A DNA stretch of 64,000 nt from Acidimicrobiia bacterium (GCA_041576165.1 JBFGLM010000019.1:18715-82714), one strand, 5' to 3'; shown: positions 1-10,060, counted from the stretch's first letter. Notes: generated by a model not told the origin, from the sequence alone. Program-made: numbers and translations.

Positions 1-266
1 GGGCCACCAGCCCTCAGGTTGGGGCGTACCTCCTCGGACTGTGGGGCCTGCCCCCGTCAATCGTGGAGGCAGTGGCCTTCTACCGCGAGCCCGGTGTGCT
101 TCCCGCCACCGAAGGCTTTCGCACTCTGACCGCGCTGCACGCCGCTGCGGCGTTGCGCCCAGGTCAGGAACCCGTGGTCCCGCTCGATCACGGGTATCTG
201 GAATCTATCGGCTTGTCCGACCGGGTTCCGGACTGGACTTCCCGGCTGAACGCGGAGCCGGTATGA
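1..266 (+). CDS. HDOD-domain signalling protein, C-terminal part (truncated by window edge)
   Basis: Frame from nt 3 reads ATSPQVGAYLLGLWGLPPSIVEAVAFYREP, matching the HDOD C-terminal GAYLLxLWGLPxxIVEAVA pattern; its TGA overlaps the kinase ATG (ATGA 263-266). Confidence 0.75.
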   Translation, partial: ATSPQVGAYLLGLWGLPPSIVEAVAFYREPGVLPATEGFRTLTALHAAAALRPGQEPVVPLDHGYLESIGLSDRVPDWTSRLNAEPV

Positions 267-2224
267 CCTCGCGAGCACCGCTCAGCATGGTTGCCGCTTC
301 GGGGGGGCCGGCCCATGGGGTGAGCCGGCGCCAACTTGATTCGTCGGAGATCACCCTCTGGCGCCGCCGGTTCGACTCGATACCCGTTGCGATGTACGAA
401 GAGGACTACTCGAAAGCGGCCGAGTCATTGGAAGCTCTCAGGCGAGAGGGTGTCACCGACCTCACGTCGTACCTCACTGAGCGACCAGACGAGCTCGAAC
501 GGCTCATCTCGCTGATCGTCGTCGAGGCGGCCAACGCGCAGGCCATCCGGTTGGTGGGGGCAGAACGCGAGGAACAATTGGTCGGCAGTCTGCCGCCGGA
601 GATGTTCAAGGACCGAACCCGGCACTCCTTCATCGCCCAATTCCAGGCGATCTGGGACGGCAAGGATCATGTCGCAATCGAGCTGCATGGCCAGCCTTTC
701 GGCGGCGAGTCCATCGACTGCGTCATGAACTGGGCGGCTCCCGTGCTCGATACCGGGCCCGACTACGCACACGTCCAGGTGGGTTTCCTGGACGTCACGG
801 CCCGGGTACGGGCCGAGCGCATTGCAATCGAAACCGCGGCGAAGCTGTCCCAGTTGTACGAGATCGGCACGTCGCTCACAGCTTCGCTCGACGTCGAGGA
901 GATCCTTGCCATGACCCTCGACGGAGCAGTCCGGCTGGTCGACGCCGACAAAGTGGCGCTGTTCATGTTCGATCACGATTCTCGTCAGATCACACAGAGG
1001 ATGGCGCGCGGCATTGACTCGGACGAGCTCGCGCAGCATACGTACGACGAACTGGAAGCCGGTATCACCGGCAGCGTCTGGCGGGACGGTGTCGGCACCA
1101 TCTCGGAAGACATCGCCAGCGACATGCGCAACACGGGCTTGGCCTACGAGCGGGCACTCAGCCACGGCCGATGGTCGGTGATCGTGGCGCCGCTCATCGC
1201 CAACGACCAGGTCTTCGGGACCTTGACGGCGGTGCGGGAAGCCGGTTCTGAAACGCCGCTGGGTGACAACGAGCACCTGTATGTGGAAATGCTCGCCTCA
1301 CAGGCATCAATCGCCATCGAGAACGCCCAGCTGTATTCGGGCCTCCGTGACACGATGAGCGAGCTGCAGCGTACCCAAGCAAGTCTGCTCTCGGCCCAAA
1401 AACTGGAAGCCGTTGGTCAGCTGGCTGCGGGGGTTGCGCATGAGATCAACACTCCGGTGCAGTTCGTGTCGGACAACCTGAGGTTCATGAAGGACGCCTT
1501 CTCGGATGTGATCTCGGCGCTGCAAAGCGCCGCCCAGATCACCGAAGCCGTGAAATCCGGTACCAACGTGGACGCTGCGATTGCCACCCACGAGTCAGCG
1601 CTCGAGGACGCCGATTTCGATTTCCTCGTGGCCGAGCTACCGGACGCGATCGAGCAGTCGCTCGACGGCGTAGAACGGGTAGCAGTGATCGTGCGAGCGT
1701 TGAAGGAGTTCTCACATCCGGGCGGCGAGCAACTCTCGCCGGTCGATATCAACCGGGCTCTCGAGAACACGCTTGCCGTGGCGCGCAACGAGTGGAAATA
1801 CGTCGCCGAGGCCGTCACCAACCTCGATCCCGCCGTGGGCTGCATCCCCGCCCTGTCCGGGCCGCTCAACCAGGTGATCCTCAACCTGCTGGTCAATGCC
1901 GCCCACGCCATCGGTGATGTGGTTGGTGATTCGGGTGACCTGGGCACGATAACGGTGACGACTCGACAGGACTGCAACTACGCCGAGATCCGCATCCAGG
2001 ATACGGGCGGCGGCATACCCGAACACATACGTGACCGGATCTACGACCCCTTCTTCACCACCAAGGACGTGGGCAGGGGCACCGGACAGGGGCTGGCTAT
2101 TGCGCACGACATCATCACGGTCAAACACGGCGGCGAGCTGACATTTGAGGTCGAGGAAGGGGTGGGCACGACCTTCATAATTCGTCTTCCAGTCGAACCA
2201 CCGGATGGCGAGGCGTGCGAATGA
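263..2224 (+). CDS. Sensor histidine kinase (PAS-like + GAF + HisKA + HATPase)
   Basis: H-box LAAGVAHEINTP, N-box NLLVNAAHA, G boxes DTGGGI / FFTTKDVGRGTGQGL; GAF-like segment before it. Start placed at ATG 263. Confidence 0.92.
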   Translation: MTSRAPLSMVAASGGPAHGVSRRQLDSSEITLWRRRFDSIPVAMYEEDYSKAAESLEALRREGVTDLTSYLTERPDELERLISLIVVEAANAQAIRLVGAEREEQLVGSLPPEMFKDRTRHSFIAQFQAIWDGKDHVAIELHGQPFGGESIDCVMNWAAPVLDTGPDYAHVQVGFLDVTARVRAERIAIETAAKLSQLYEIGTSLTASLDVEEILAMTLDGAVRLVDADKVALFMFDHDSRQITQRMARGIDSDELAQHTYDELEAGITGSVWRDGVGTISEDIASDMRNTGLAYERALSHGRWSVIVAPLIANDQVFGTLTAVREAGSETPLGDNEHLYVEMLASQASIAIENAQLYSGLRDTMSELQRTQASLLSAQKLEAVGQLAAGVAHEINTPVQFVSDNLRFMKDAFSDVISALQSAAQITEAVKSGTNVDAAIATHESALEDADFDFLVAELPDAIEQSLDGVERVAVIVRALKEFSHPGGEQLSPVDINRALENTLAVARNEWKYVAEAVTNLDPAVGCIPALSGPLNQVILNLLVNAAHAIGDVVGDSGDLGTITVTTRQDCNYAEIRIQDTGGGIPEHIRDRIYDPFFTTKDVGRGTGQGLAIAHDIITVKHGGELTFEVEEGVGTTFIIRLPVEPPDGEACE

Positions 2225-3357
2225 CCACCAAGATCCTGCTGGTCGACGATGAGAAGAACGTCCTGGATGGTTTTCGACGCAACCTCCGAAGGTACAAGCT
2301 GACAACGGCGCTCGGACCGCGGGAAGGCCTCGAGGAGATCGAGAAGAACGGCCCATTCGCGGTGGTGGTGTCCGACCTGCAAATGCCGCACATGAACGGC
2401 ATCGAGTTTCTCTCCAAGATCGAAGCGGTGGCACCGAAGACGATCCGGATCATGCTCACGGGCCAGGCTGACGTGAACGTCTCCATCGCCGCGGTCAACG
2501 AAGGCCATGTCTTTCGCTTTTTGACCAAACCGTGCCCGCCGGAGCTGCTGGCGGCGACCCTGAACGATGCGCTGGAGCAGTACCGGCTGATCGAAGCCGA
2601 ACGAGAGTTGCTGGAGGAAACACTCCACGGCGCGGTGCAGGTGCTCACCGACGTACTTGCCCTGGTGGACGAGGGAAGTCAAACGTTTGCAGCTCAGGTG
2701 CAAGCGACCGTGACCAAGATGTGCAACGCGGTGGGACTGGAGGGATGGCAATACGAGCTGGCCGCAATGCTCTCGCAACTCGGCAACCTCACGTTGCCCG
2801 GCGAGACAACCGCCAAGCTCAATCGCGGCGCGCCGTTGACCGACCACGAGAAGGCTATGGCCGATCAGGCGCCTCAGGTCGCCTTCCGCCTGCTGGAACG
2901 CATTCCCCGGCTGGATGTAGTCGCGGCCATCGTGCGCGGTCAGGCCGAGCCTCCCCCATTCATCCCCGGTGACCCGACCGACATCGTGGCCGCGGGCGCC
3001 AACCTTCTGCATTTCGCAGTCCGCTACCACCGGCTCGTCGCGTCGGACCGGCCGGATTCCGAGGTCAGAACGGTGCTGGAGAACGCCGCCGACGACGAAT
3101 TTCGCGCTGCGTTGGTGGCCGCCCTGTTCACCACCGACGAAGCTGCGTGGGAGGAGGCGATCCTGCCCGTCCGCTCGCTGGACGTAGGTATGGTTCTCGG
3201 CCAGGCGGTTCGGGCAAACAACGGCGTGTTGCTGCTCTCAGAAGGGCAGGCCCTCAACGCAGCGTTGCTAGAGCGTTTACGGGTGTTCGCCGGCGGCGTC
3301 GGCGTGGAAGAACCACTCCGGGTCCGATACCAGACGAACCGAAGCGTCGCCGCCTGA
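2221..3357 (+). CDS. Response regulator (REC + degenerate HD-like output domain)
   Basis: ILLVDD, phosphoacceptor SDLQMP, MLTG, FLTKP; C-terminal AAMLSQLG is a degenerate HD-like segment; overlaps kinase stop. Confidence 0.88.
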   Translation: MTTKILLVDDEKNVLDGFRRNLRRYKLTTALGPREGLEEIEKNGPFAVVVSDLQMPHMNGIEFLSKIEAVAPKTIRIMLTGQADVNVSIAAVNEGHVFRFLTKPCPPELLAATLNDALEQYRLIEAERELLEETLHGAVQVLTDVLALVDEGSQTFAAQVQATVTKMCNAVGLEGWQYELAAMLSQLGNLTLPGETTAKLNRGAPLTDHEKAMADQAPQVAFRLLERIPRLDVVAAIVRGQAEPPPFIPGDPTDIVAAGANLLHFAVRYHRLVASDRPDSEVRTVLENAADDEFRAALVAALFTTDEAAWEEAILPVRSLDVGMVLGQAVRANNGVLLLSEGQALNAALLERLRVFAGGVGVEEPLRVRYQTNRSVAA

Positions 3358-3398
3358 GGTACCGGCGCCCGGCGTGGTGAGCCGACCGGTCTATTCGT

Positions 3399-3719
3399 TC
3401 ATCCGCCCGGCGGGCGATATTCGACTACCACCTCGGCGATCTCGTCGACTTCCTCCGGCGTGATCAGCACCGTTGTTGACGGGGCCACCGAACCGGACGC
3501 GGCCACGGTCATCGCCACAGCAGCCGCGGTCGTGTTGTCGGGCATGGAACCGATCACGATGACGTCGTCGTCGCCGAATGCGTAGTAGAAAGCGTCGAGG
3601 CTGCCGCCCAGGCTCTCGAACAGCTTCTCGATCGTGGCGCGTCGGGAAGTGCCCCCTTCCTTGAGAGTCCCCTTCAATCCATCGCCGGTCAGCTTGGCCC
3701 GAATCAGATACTTGGGCAT
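3399..3719 (-). CDS. GYD-domain protein
   Basis: 106 aa; ESLGGSLDAFYYAFGDDDV pattern typical of the GYD family. Confidence 0.8.
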   Translation of the reverse strand: MPKYLIRAKLTGDGLKGTLKEGGTSRRATIEKLFESLGGSLDAFYYAFGDDDVIVIGSMPDNTTAAAVAMTVAASGSVAPSTTVLITPEEVDEIAEVVVEYRPPGG

Positions 3720-3789
3720 CCGTTTCCTCCTTGATGGAACCCGACACAGTGTCGCGCCGCGACCTGCGGCACGACAAGTAGCGGTTCGC

Positions 3790-4815
3790 TCAAGGCGACC
3801 TCGGGGTGGCCAGTGTGCCTGCCTGACGGTCTGTTATGTGCCCCGCTCGGTGGAGCCAGACGACGGTGTCGAGCATCGTCGTGTCCAGCGGTGTGAATTC
3901 GATCCCGAGATCGTGCACCGCGGCTGAGGACTCGGCGACGTCGCCGTTGGCCAGCAACCAGGGAGCCTCGAACGAGATTGCCGGCTCTATGCCGAACCGG
4001 TTGCGCGCCCAATCGGCCAGACGTCCCGTCCCTATCGCCACCCCGTGCGGCACCGGGATGGACCATAGGTTGCGCCCGGCCAGCTCGCCGACGCGGGCGA
4101 TGGCGGCACGGAAGTCGATGTTGTGGCCCACAACCACATAACGGCGGGGCCCGCCACCGGGCTCGAGAACAGCGACGAGGGCGGCGGCGACGTCCCGGAC
4201 GTCGCTGATCGGGAGGTTGCCGCCGTTGAGCACCCGCATCTTGCCCTGCAGCGCGTTCTTGACCAGCTGCGCACTCTCGCCGAGGTACGGGTCGTCGGGG
4301 CCCCAGACGGACCCTGGATAGATGATGACCACCGGGTGGCCATCTGCCTGGAGCCGCCGGGCGATCAGGTCCGCCACAGCTTTGGAGTTGCTATAGGCCG
4401 GTTCGGGGGTCCCGACCTCGGAGTCGGGAGTGATCGGGCCGTCGGACGGCAGCAGGGCAACGAAACTCGACACGTGCACGATCGGGTCCAGTCCGGCCTG
4501 GACCGCCTCGCCGAGCACGAGTTCGGTGCCGTGTTGGTTGACGTGGTTCATGGTCTCGACCCGTCCAGGATCGAACGTGAAGACGTTGGCCGCATGGATA
4601 ACCGCCTCACAGCCCGTCAACGCCTTCGTCACGGCGTTACGGTCGGTGACATCCCCGACCTGGACCTCAGAGGGATTGACGCCATGGGGGCTGAGCGCGG
4701 GCTCCACCCGGTCCTCGGAACGGACGAGGAGCCGCACCGAGTGACCCTGCTTGATGAGCGCCGCCACGGTGTGGGAGCCGACAAAGCCGGTACCGCCGGT
4801 TATCAATACCTTCAT
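3790..4815 (-). CDS. NAD-dependent epimerase/dehydratase (extended SDR)
   Basis: TGGTGFVG Rossmann motif, YSNSK catalytic YxxxK. Confidence 0.88.
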   Translation of the reverse strand: MKVLITGGTGFVGSHTVAALIKQGHSVRLLVRSEDRVEPALSPHGVNPSEVQVGDVTDRNAVTKALTGCEAVIHAANVFTFDPGRVETMNHVNQHGTELVLGEAVQAGLDPIVHVSSFVALLPSDGPITPDSEVGTPEPAYSNSKAVADLIARRLQADGHPVVIIYPGSVWGPDDPYLGESAQLVKNALQGKMRVLNGGNLPISDVRDVAAALVAVLEPGGGPRRYVVVGHNIDFRAAIARVGELAGRNLWSIPVPHGVAIGTGRLADWARNRFGIEPAISFEAPWLLANGDVAESSAAVHDLGIEFTPLDTTMLDTVVWLHRAGHITDRQAGTLATPRSP

Positions 4816-4879
4816 AGGGGCCTGCCTCTCGCAAGTGTCCCAATGCTACCGGGAGCGACGCTGGGAACCCCGGGAGCAG

Positions 4880-5419
4880 CTATGAGGCCGAGCCGGACTC
4901 GGGTCCGGGCTGAAGCGTCCGCATGAACACTTGCATCCCGTAGTGAATGGCAATCAGGCCGCCCAGCTCCATGATCTGGGCCTCGGTGAAATGCTTCTTG
5001 CCCTCGTCGTAGAAGGCTGCGTCTACCTTTTTGGGATCCCGGTACATGAGGTGGGCGTAGCGCAGAGCCCATTTCTCGGCATCGGTGAAGTGAGGATCAT
5101 CCTCGAAGTCCTCGCGTCCTGCCTCGATTTGCTCTTCAGTCAGCCCGGCGGTGATCGCCGGTTGGGAACGGAGTGCCGAGAAATAGGGGTCTCGTGCAGT
5201 CCGGGCCAGCTGAATCCGGATGATCTCCTTCAACCGGTGATCGACGCCGCCTTCGAACAACGCCTCCGCCATGGCCCCGGTTATGGCTTCGGCATACCCG
5301 GGCACGTGCGCCAAGATCTTGGCAAACCTCCCGTCAGCGTCTCCCAGGCGTTCCATGAATTCAAAAGCCGGACCTAATCGCTCGGTTTCGTGCTCGTCGA
5401 GGACCTTCGGACTGGGCAT
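4880..5419 (-). CDS. AhpD/carboxymuconolactone decarboxylase-fold protein lacking CxxC
   Basis: DHRLKEIIRIQLARTARDPYF; FTDAEKWALRYA; HFTEAQIMELG; no cysteine in the translation. Confidence 0.8.
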   Translation of the reverse strand: MPSPKVLDEHETERLGPAFEFMERLGDADGRFAKILAHVPGYAEAITGAMAEALFEGGVDHRLKEIIRIQLARTARDPYFSALRSQPAITAGLTEEQIEAGREDFEDDPHFTDAEKWALRYAHLMYRDPKKVDAAFYDEGKKHFTEAQIMELGGLIAIHYGMQVFMRTLQPGPESGSAS

Positions 5420-5427
5420 GTCTTCTC

Positions 5428-6084
5428 CTAAGTCGGTGCGTCCGCCTCGGACTCAGCCAGCGCCTTCAGCACCGCTTCGCTGCGGTGCGAGCCGGGTGTG
5501 TCGCCATAGATCCGTTGCGATTCCTCTTGGCTCACCAGGCGCCCGTCGGGGGAGAACATCGGGTAGAAGTCGAGTGTCCGAAAGAACGTGTGGTAACCGA
5601 CGTTGAAGCCGATGAAGGTCCCAAGCTCCACGATCTCAGCCTCGCTGTAGTACTGACCGAGCCTGGCGTAGAAGACCGGATCGATCTTCTCCGGGGCAAA
5701 CTGCATAAGCTCGCTGTATTCGAGGGCGATCTTCTCGGCTGGCGAGAACTCGGAGCTGTTGCGCCAATTGTCGATCCCCTCGTCGATCCGCTCTTCGGTC
5801 AGTCCGTTCCGCTTCGCCGAAGCGGATCGCACGTTGCCTCAGTAGTTGCAGCTGGCGGCTCGGGAGAGTTGAACCCGGATGATCTCTTTGAGGTTGTGAT
5901 CGATCGCGCCGGTGTTGAACACCGTACCCCACGCGACATAGAGCGCCTTGGACAGTGCCGGATTGTGACCCTGGATGGCGTGGAAGGCCGGGTCAGGGGC
6001 CCGGTGCTTCAGGCACTTCTTGACGAACCCGGCAAGTTCGGACTCCATGAGTTCGTCGATGTCGAGCAAGGTGATATTTGACAC
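5428..6084 (-). CDS. AhpD/CMD-like peroxidase, predicted selenoprotein (CxxU, in-frame UGA at 5839-5841)
   Basis: GTG start at 6084 after GGAGGAG RBS; ...LKEIIRVQLSRAASCNY-TGA-GNVRSASAKRNGLTEERI... continues in the same frame to 5428 (218 aa) and is colinear with the downstream paralogue on both sides of the UGA; SECIS-like hairpin follows. Confidence 0.8.
5808..5826 (-). promoter_or_regulatory. Candidate bacterial SECIS element
   Basis: mRNA UGA-GGCAACGUGCGA-UCCGCUUC-GGC-GAAGCGGA: perfect 8-bp stem starting 12 nt after UGA, apical loop starting with G. Confidence 0.7.
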
Positions 6085-6140
6085 TGGTCTCCTCCGGGTC
6101 TTCCGAGACTCTATCTCACAGCGGTTCGAGTGGAATCGGG

Positions 6141-6590
6141 CTAGGCCTTCCAGCCGGACCCTCCGAACAGGCGAACCGCGTAATAGGCCAGTGTTCGGCG
6201 CCAGGCGGGTACACCTTCCTGTTCCATGATCCGGCGGAAGAGCTGGTCGGCCTCTTTGCGGGTATAGGTCCGGGGTGGCTCGGCTGCGCCCGGCGGTGGA
6301 CGCCCTCCATAGGCGTAGAGCCAATCGTGCATCAGGGGTGCGGTCACCGATAACTCGAACGGCGAGATGAGCCACCAGAAGGCGCGCGGCACCGAAGCCA
6401 AGTCGAACTCGAACCCGGCGGCGACGGTCAGACGAGTCGGCCCGTCCACATACAGGTAGTCCTCTTCGAGTCTCCAGACCTCGCGTTCCGGCAAGTAGGT
6501 GAGGACCGGCGCCGGCAGTCGCGATGCGGTGATGTCGACCGGTTCGTGCTGAAGTCGGTACGCGGATTCGTCCACCGCCTCCCTCCCCAT
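6141..6590 (-). CDS. DUF1353 domain protein
   Basis: AGFEFDLASVPR, MHDWLY, RKEADQLF, YYAVRLFG motifs. Confidence 0.85.
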   Translation of the reverse strand: MGREAVDESAYRLQHEPVDITASRLPAPVLTYLPEREVWRLEEDYLYVDGPTRLTVAAGFEFDLASVPRAFWWLISPFELSVTAPLMHDWLYAYGGRPPPGAAEPPRTYTRKEADQLFRRIMEQEGVPAWRRTLAYYAVRLFGGSGWKA

Positions 6591-6687
6591 GTAGCCATAC
6601 CGCCAAGCCTACGCCCACCGTCCAGGTTTGAGCCGCGGAGCGCGCCGCAGGCGCCAACCCCACCATTGGGTGGTGCACCGCCGCAGA

Positions 6688-8334
6688 TCATCGGACTTCG
6701 CAGTCCGTCACCGGCAGGCCAACCTCGAGCGCGTACGAGCGGATGGCCTCGCGGCGGCTCGATTGGATCTGGATCGCGTCGCATGTCGCCTCCAAAGCCG
6801 CTTCCGGCAACGAAACCGAGGAGTACAGCGACGCGGCCGCCAGCAGCATGGCGGCGCCGTCGAGTGGACCAACCGCATGGCCGAACTCAGTCAAGCTGTC
6901 GGCCGCGCCTACCCGCCCGCGCCGTTCCTCGACCGGCGTGTAGAAGGTGAAGAAGCTGTCGACTTGCTGCTTGGTCCAGCCGGAGACATCGGGTTGGGCT
7001 CCAAGCAGTGCCACGTATACCGGCGCATCCTGTGGCACCAGATTCGGGTCGGCCGCGATGTGCAAACTGAGGGGTGGGCGCAGGTCTCGTCCTGTGTAGC
7101 GGGGCCAGCCGGCGAACGGTGTTCGATATAGGCCGAACGGGCGTACCGAGTCGTACAGGACCACCGCACCATCCGCCGTCTCGGTGTCGAGGACGGCGGA
7201 GACCGCCCGCCAGTCGGGAAACTCCTTGGTGGAGAGCTGAGTCCAGAGCCCGCCCAGAGACCACAACGCCAGACCAGCGACAACCGCTAGGCCTGTTCCC
7301 GCCAACCACCAGCGGGACCGCCCCTCCACTGCGACATGGGTGATGGCTCCGGCCAGCGCCGCCAGCGGTGGCCACCAGGAGAAGACGTAACGGTCGAAGT
7401 ACGGCTGGCTCTCGGGGGTGCGTAGAAAGAAGAGCAGCGCGAAGCCGATCGGCACTGCCACCAGCGGCCAGAACCACCAGAGCCCGGCGACACGAGTTCG
7501 CACCGACGGCCATGCGCCGGCAGTCAACGCGACTACCAGTCCGAAGATGCCAATCTCCTGAGAGAGGACCTCTGGCAATTCGGAACCAAAACGGGAAAGG
7601 CCACCCCAGGACACGCTGGCGTCCACCGTGTACTCGGCCAGCTCTGACGACAGGCGCACAAACACGGGTATCTCGACCAGCACCAACCCGGCAACCGCGG
7701 CGGCAACGGGGAGTTTCCACCGTGTTTGGGTGACCTCATGGTTCTGGATGCGCAAAACCGCGAGCCAGGCGGCAGTGGCGGCCAGCACTATCGGGGGCTC
7801 GACGGTCCGGGACAGCGGGAGCAGGAGAGCGGCCACGACGGCAATCGCTCCGCCGAGCTTGGATCCTTCCCGGAGCCATCGGTCGGACTCCTCCAAGAAC
7901 AGCAACGTGAGAAAGAGGGGGAGCGCGTACGGGCGCGCATACGCGGTCACTGCAACCAGGCCGGGAGCGATGGCCATCAACGCAATCGCCACCGGCGCCC
8001 CGATCCCCAGCCTCGACCCGTTGAGGAGCAAACCCAGAACTATCAATGACCCGATTCCCCATAGCGCCGGCAGCAATCGTTGGTGGATGTCGCCGACACC
8101 GATCACCCGTTGGAAGGTCGCGTTGAGGAGCGGATCGAGGGGCGGCTGCTCTTGCGCAAAACTCGCATCGACGATCTCACCAAACGACCAGCTGTAGGAC
8201 CGAACCTGGCGCAGCTCGTCGATGTTGTATGGCTCCTCCAGGACCGCAATGATGAGCACCAGCGCGCCCACCACCACGCCGAGGACCGAAGCGATCAGAA
8301 CTGCGCGGGACGAGGACTGTGTCACCCGGACCAT
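6688..8334 (-). CDS. GT-C fold membrane glycosyltransferase (PMT/ArnT-like)
   Basis: N-terminal TM then DE motif (YNIDE), QPPL, ARPYAL, many TM segments and a C-terminal soluble domain. Confidence 0.7.
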   Translation of the reverse strand: MVRVTQSSSRAVLIASVLGVVVGALVLIIAVLEEPYNIDELRQVRSYSWSFGEIVDASFAQEQPPLDPLLNATFQRVIGVGDIHQRLLPALWGIGSLIVLGLLLNGSRLGIGAPVAIALMAIAPGLVAVTAYARPYALPLFLTLLFLEESDRWLREGSKLGGAIAVVAALLLPLSRTVEPPIVLAATAAWLAVLRIQNHEVTQTRWKLPVAAAVAGLVLVEIPVFVRLSSELAEYTVDASVSWGGLSRFGSELPEVLSQEIGIFGLVVALTAGAWPSVRTRVAGLWWFWPLVAVPIGFALLFFLRTPESQPYFDRYVFSWWPPLAALAGAITHVAVEGRSRWWLAGTGLAVVAGLALWSLGGLWTQLSTKEFPDWRAVSAVLDTETADGAVVLYDSVRPFGLYRTPFAGWPRYTGRDLRPPLSLHIAADPNLVPQDAPVYVALLGAQPDVSGWTKQQVDSFFTFYTPVEERRGRVGAADSLTEFGHAVGPLDGAAMLLAAASLYSSVSLPEAALEATCDAIQIQSSRREAIRSYALEVGLPVTDCEVR

Positions 8335-8341
8335 GGCTGTG

Positions 8342-9028
8342 TCACCGAGACAATTCGCTCACATACAGCTTGAGAAAACGTAGGCCAGTGGGGATGGCCT
8401 TGGCGTTGGATTCGCCACCAATCCGTTGTCCCTCGTGGGTGGGAAACTCGACCACCTGAGCTCGGCGCTGGTAGGCCCGGATCGATGTCTGGTATTCGAT
8501 CGTGTATCCGGGCCCGTCCGGGTCCAGCCGGTCCCAGGCGTCCATCGTGATCGCGCGGTAACCGTTGATCATGTCGGTGATTCTCGGCTGTCCCCGGCCC
8601 CAGGTGAGATATGCGAGCCAGTTGAAGAACAAGTTCGCCCATTTGCGCGGTCGGAACCAGCTCGAGTCCTCTTCGTTGACCGCTCCCGGCATCATCCGGG
8701 AGGCAATGACCAGGTCGGCGCCCGTCTCCAGGTACGGCCGGAAACGAGGTATGTCGGCCGGATCCTCATTCCCGTCTGAACTGAAGAATATGAGGGCATC
8801 GGCCTTGTCCCGAGCGTGAGCGAATGCCAAACGGAAGGCTTCGCCTCGACCCGGGCTTGTCTGACCGAGAACCTCGATCCCGTGATCCCGCAGGATGTCG
8901 GGCGAGGAATCGGACGAATTGCCGTCGACGGCGAACACCAGATCAACAGCCTCGGTGGGCAGGTGGGGGAGCAGGTGGGGCAGAGCTTCCGCTTCGTTGC
9001 GATTGAGGATGGCCAGCCCGATTCTCAC
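8342..9028 (-). CDS. GT2 glycosyltransferase, polyprenyl-phosphate glycosyltransferase (DPM1/GtrB)-like
   Basis: [37 protein letters not shown]; GTG start overlaps gmd stop (GTGA). Confidence 0.82.
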   Translation of the reverse strand: MRIGLAILNRNEAEALPHLLPHLPTEAVDLVFAVDGNSSDSSPDILRDHGIEVLGQTSPGRGEAFRLAFAHARDKADALIFFSSDGNEDPADIPRFRPYLETGADLVIASRMMPGAVNEEDSSWFRPRKWANLFFNWLAYLTWGRGQPRITDMINGYRAITMDAWDRLDPDGPGYTIEYQTSIRAYQRRAQVVEFPTHEGQRIGGESNAKAIPTGLRFLKLYVSELSR

Positions 9029-10041
9029 TGCGGGCCGTCCCCGGTCGACTGTCCCGTCTCCAGACTCAGCCCGGCTTCTTGCATCTCTGCATGGACCATT
9101 TCCCTGACCAGCTCGCGGAACGTCACCTCCGGTTTCCAACCCAGCTGTTCCGTGGCTTTGGTCGCATCGGCACACAGGACGTCGACCTCGGCGGGGCGGA
9201 AATAGCGCGGGTCGACCCGAACGTACCGTTCGGGGTCCAAGTTCACCAATGAGAACGCTTCGATCACGAACTCGGCCACGGAGTGGTCTTCGCCGGTCCC
9301 GATCACCCAATCGTCTGGATGCGGATGCTGCACGATCATGTGTACGGCGCGCATGTAATCCCGAGCGTGCCCCCAGTCCCGCCTCGCTTCCAGGTTTCCG
9401 AGGTAGAGGTAGTCCTGGGTGCCTGTGAGCAGACGAGGGATCGCCATGGCGATCTTTCTGGTGACGAAGGTCTCGCCCCGCCGGGGGGACTCGTGGTTGA
9501 ACAGGATCCCGGTGGAGGCGTGCAAGTCGTAAGACTCCCGGTAGTTGATGGTCGCCCAATGGGCGTAGGCCTTGGCGACGGCGTAGGGGGAGCGGGGATG
9601 AAAGGGCGTGTGCTCGTTCTGGGGAGGCGTGGACGCCCCAAACATCTCGGAGCTGGAGGCCTGGTAGAAGCGGCAATCCACCTTGGAGTCACGGATCGCT
9701 TCGAGCAGCCTCGTCGTCCCGAGCGCAACGATGTCCCCGGTGTATTCGGGGACATCGAAGCTGACCCGCACATGGCTTTGTGCTGCCAGGTTGTAGATCT
9801 CGGTCGGTTCGATTCGGGTGATGAGGCGGGCGAGCTGAGACGAAGAAGCCAGGTCCCCGTAATGGAGATGGACCCGAACATCTTCTTCGTGCGGGTCCTG
9901 GAATATGTGCATGATCCGACCCGTATTGAACGACGACGACCGCCGGATGATGCCGTGCACCTCGTAGCCGTGCTCGAGCAAGAGCTCGGCCAGGTAGCTT
10001 CCGTCCTGGCCGGTGATCCCGGTGATGAGGGCTCGTTTCAT
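9025..10041 (-). CDS. gmd: GDP-mannose 4,6-dehydratase
   Basis: [66 protein letters not shown]. Confidence 0.97.
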   Translation of the reverse strand: MKRALITGITGQDGSYLAELLLEHGYEVHGIIRRSSSFNTGRIMHIFQDPHEEDVRVHLHYGDLASSSQLARLITRIEPTEIYNLAAQSHVRVSFDVPEYTGDIVALGTTRLLEAIRDSKVDCRFYQASSSEMFGASTPPQNEHTPFHPRSPYAVAKAYAHWATINYRESYDLHASTGILFNHESPRRGETFVTRKIAMAIPRLLTGTQDYLYLGNLEARRDWGHARDYMRAVHMIVQHPHPDDWVIGTGEDHSVAEFVIEAFSLVNLDPERYVRVDPRYFRPAEVDVLCADATKATEQLGWKPEVTFRELVREMVHAEMQEAGLSLETGQSTGDGPQ

Positions 10042-10060
10042 CGTGTCCTTCCTCACGTCA

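Noticed and set aside
5839-6678. 279-aa ORF as listed in the track
   Set aside because: Its first ~200 codons are a shadow frame over the DUF1353 gene; only the part from GTG 6084 is real, and it continues through the UGA.
8342-9676. 444-aa version of the GT2; similar 5' extensions of the ORFs starting at 41, 42374, 45725, 52764 and 30354
   Set aside because: The extensions are Arg/Pro/Gly-rich, overlap neighbouring genes or intergenic DNA, and better starts with RBS or stop-start coupling lie downstream.
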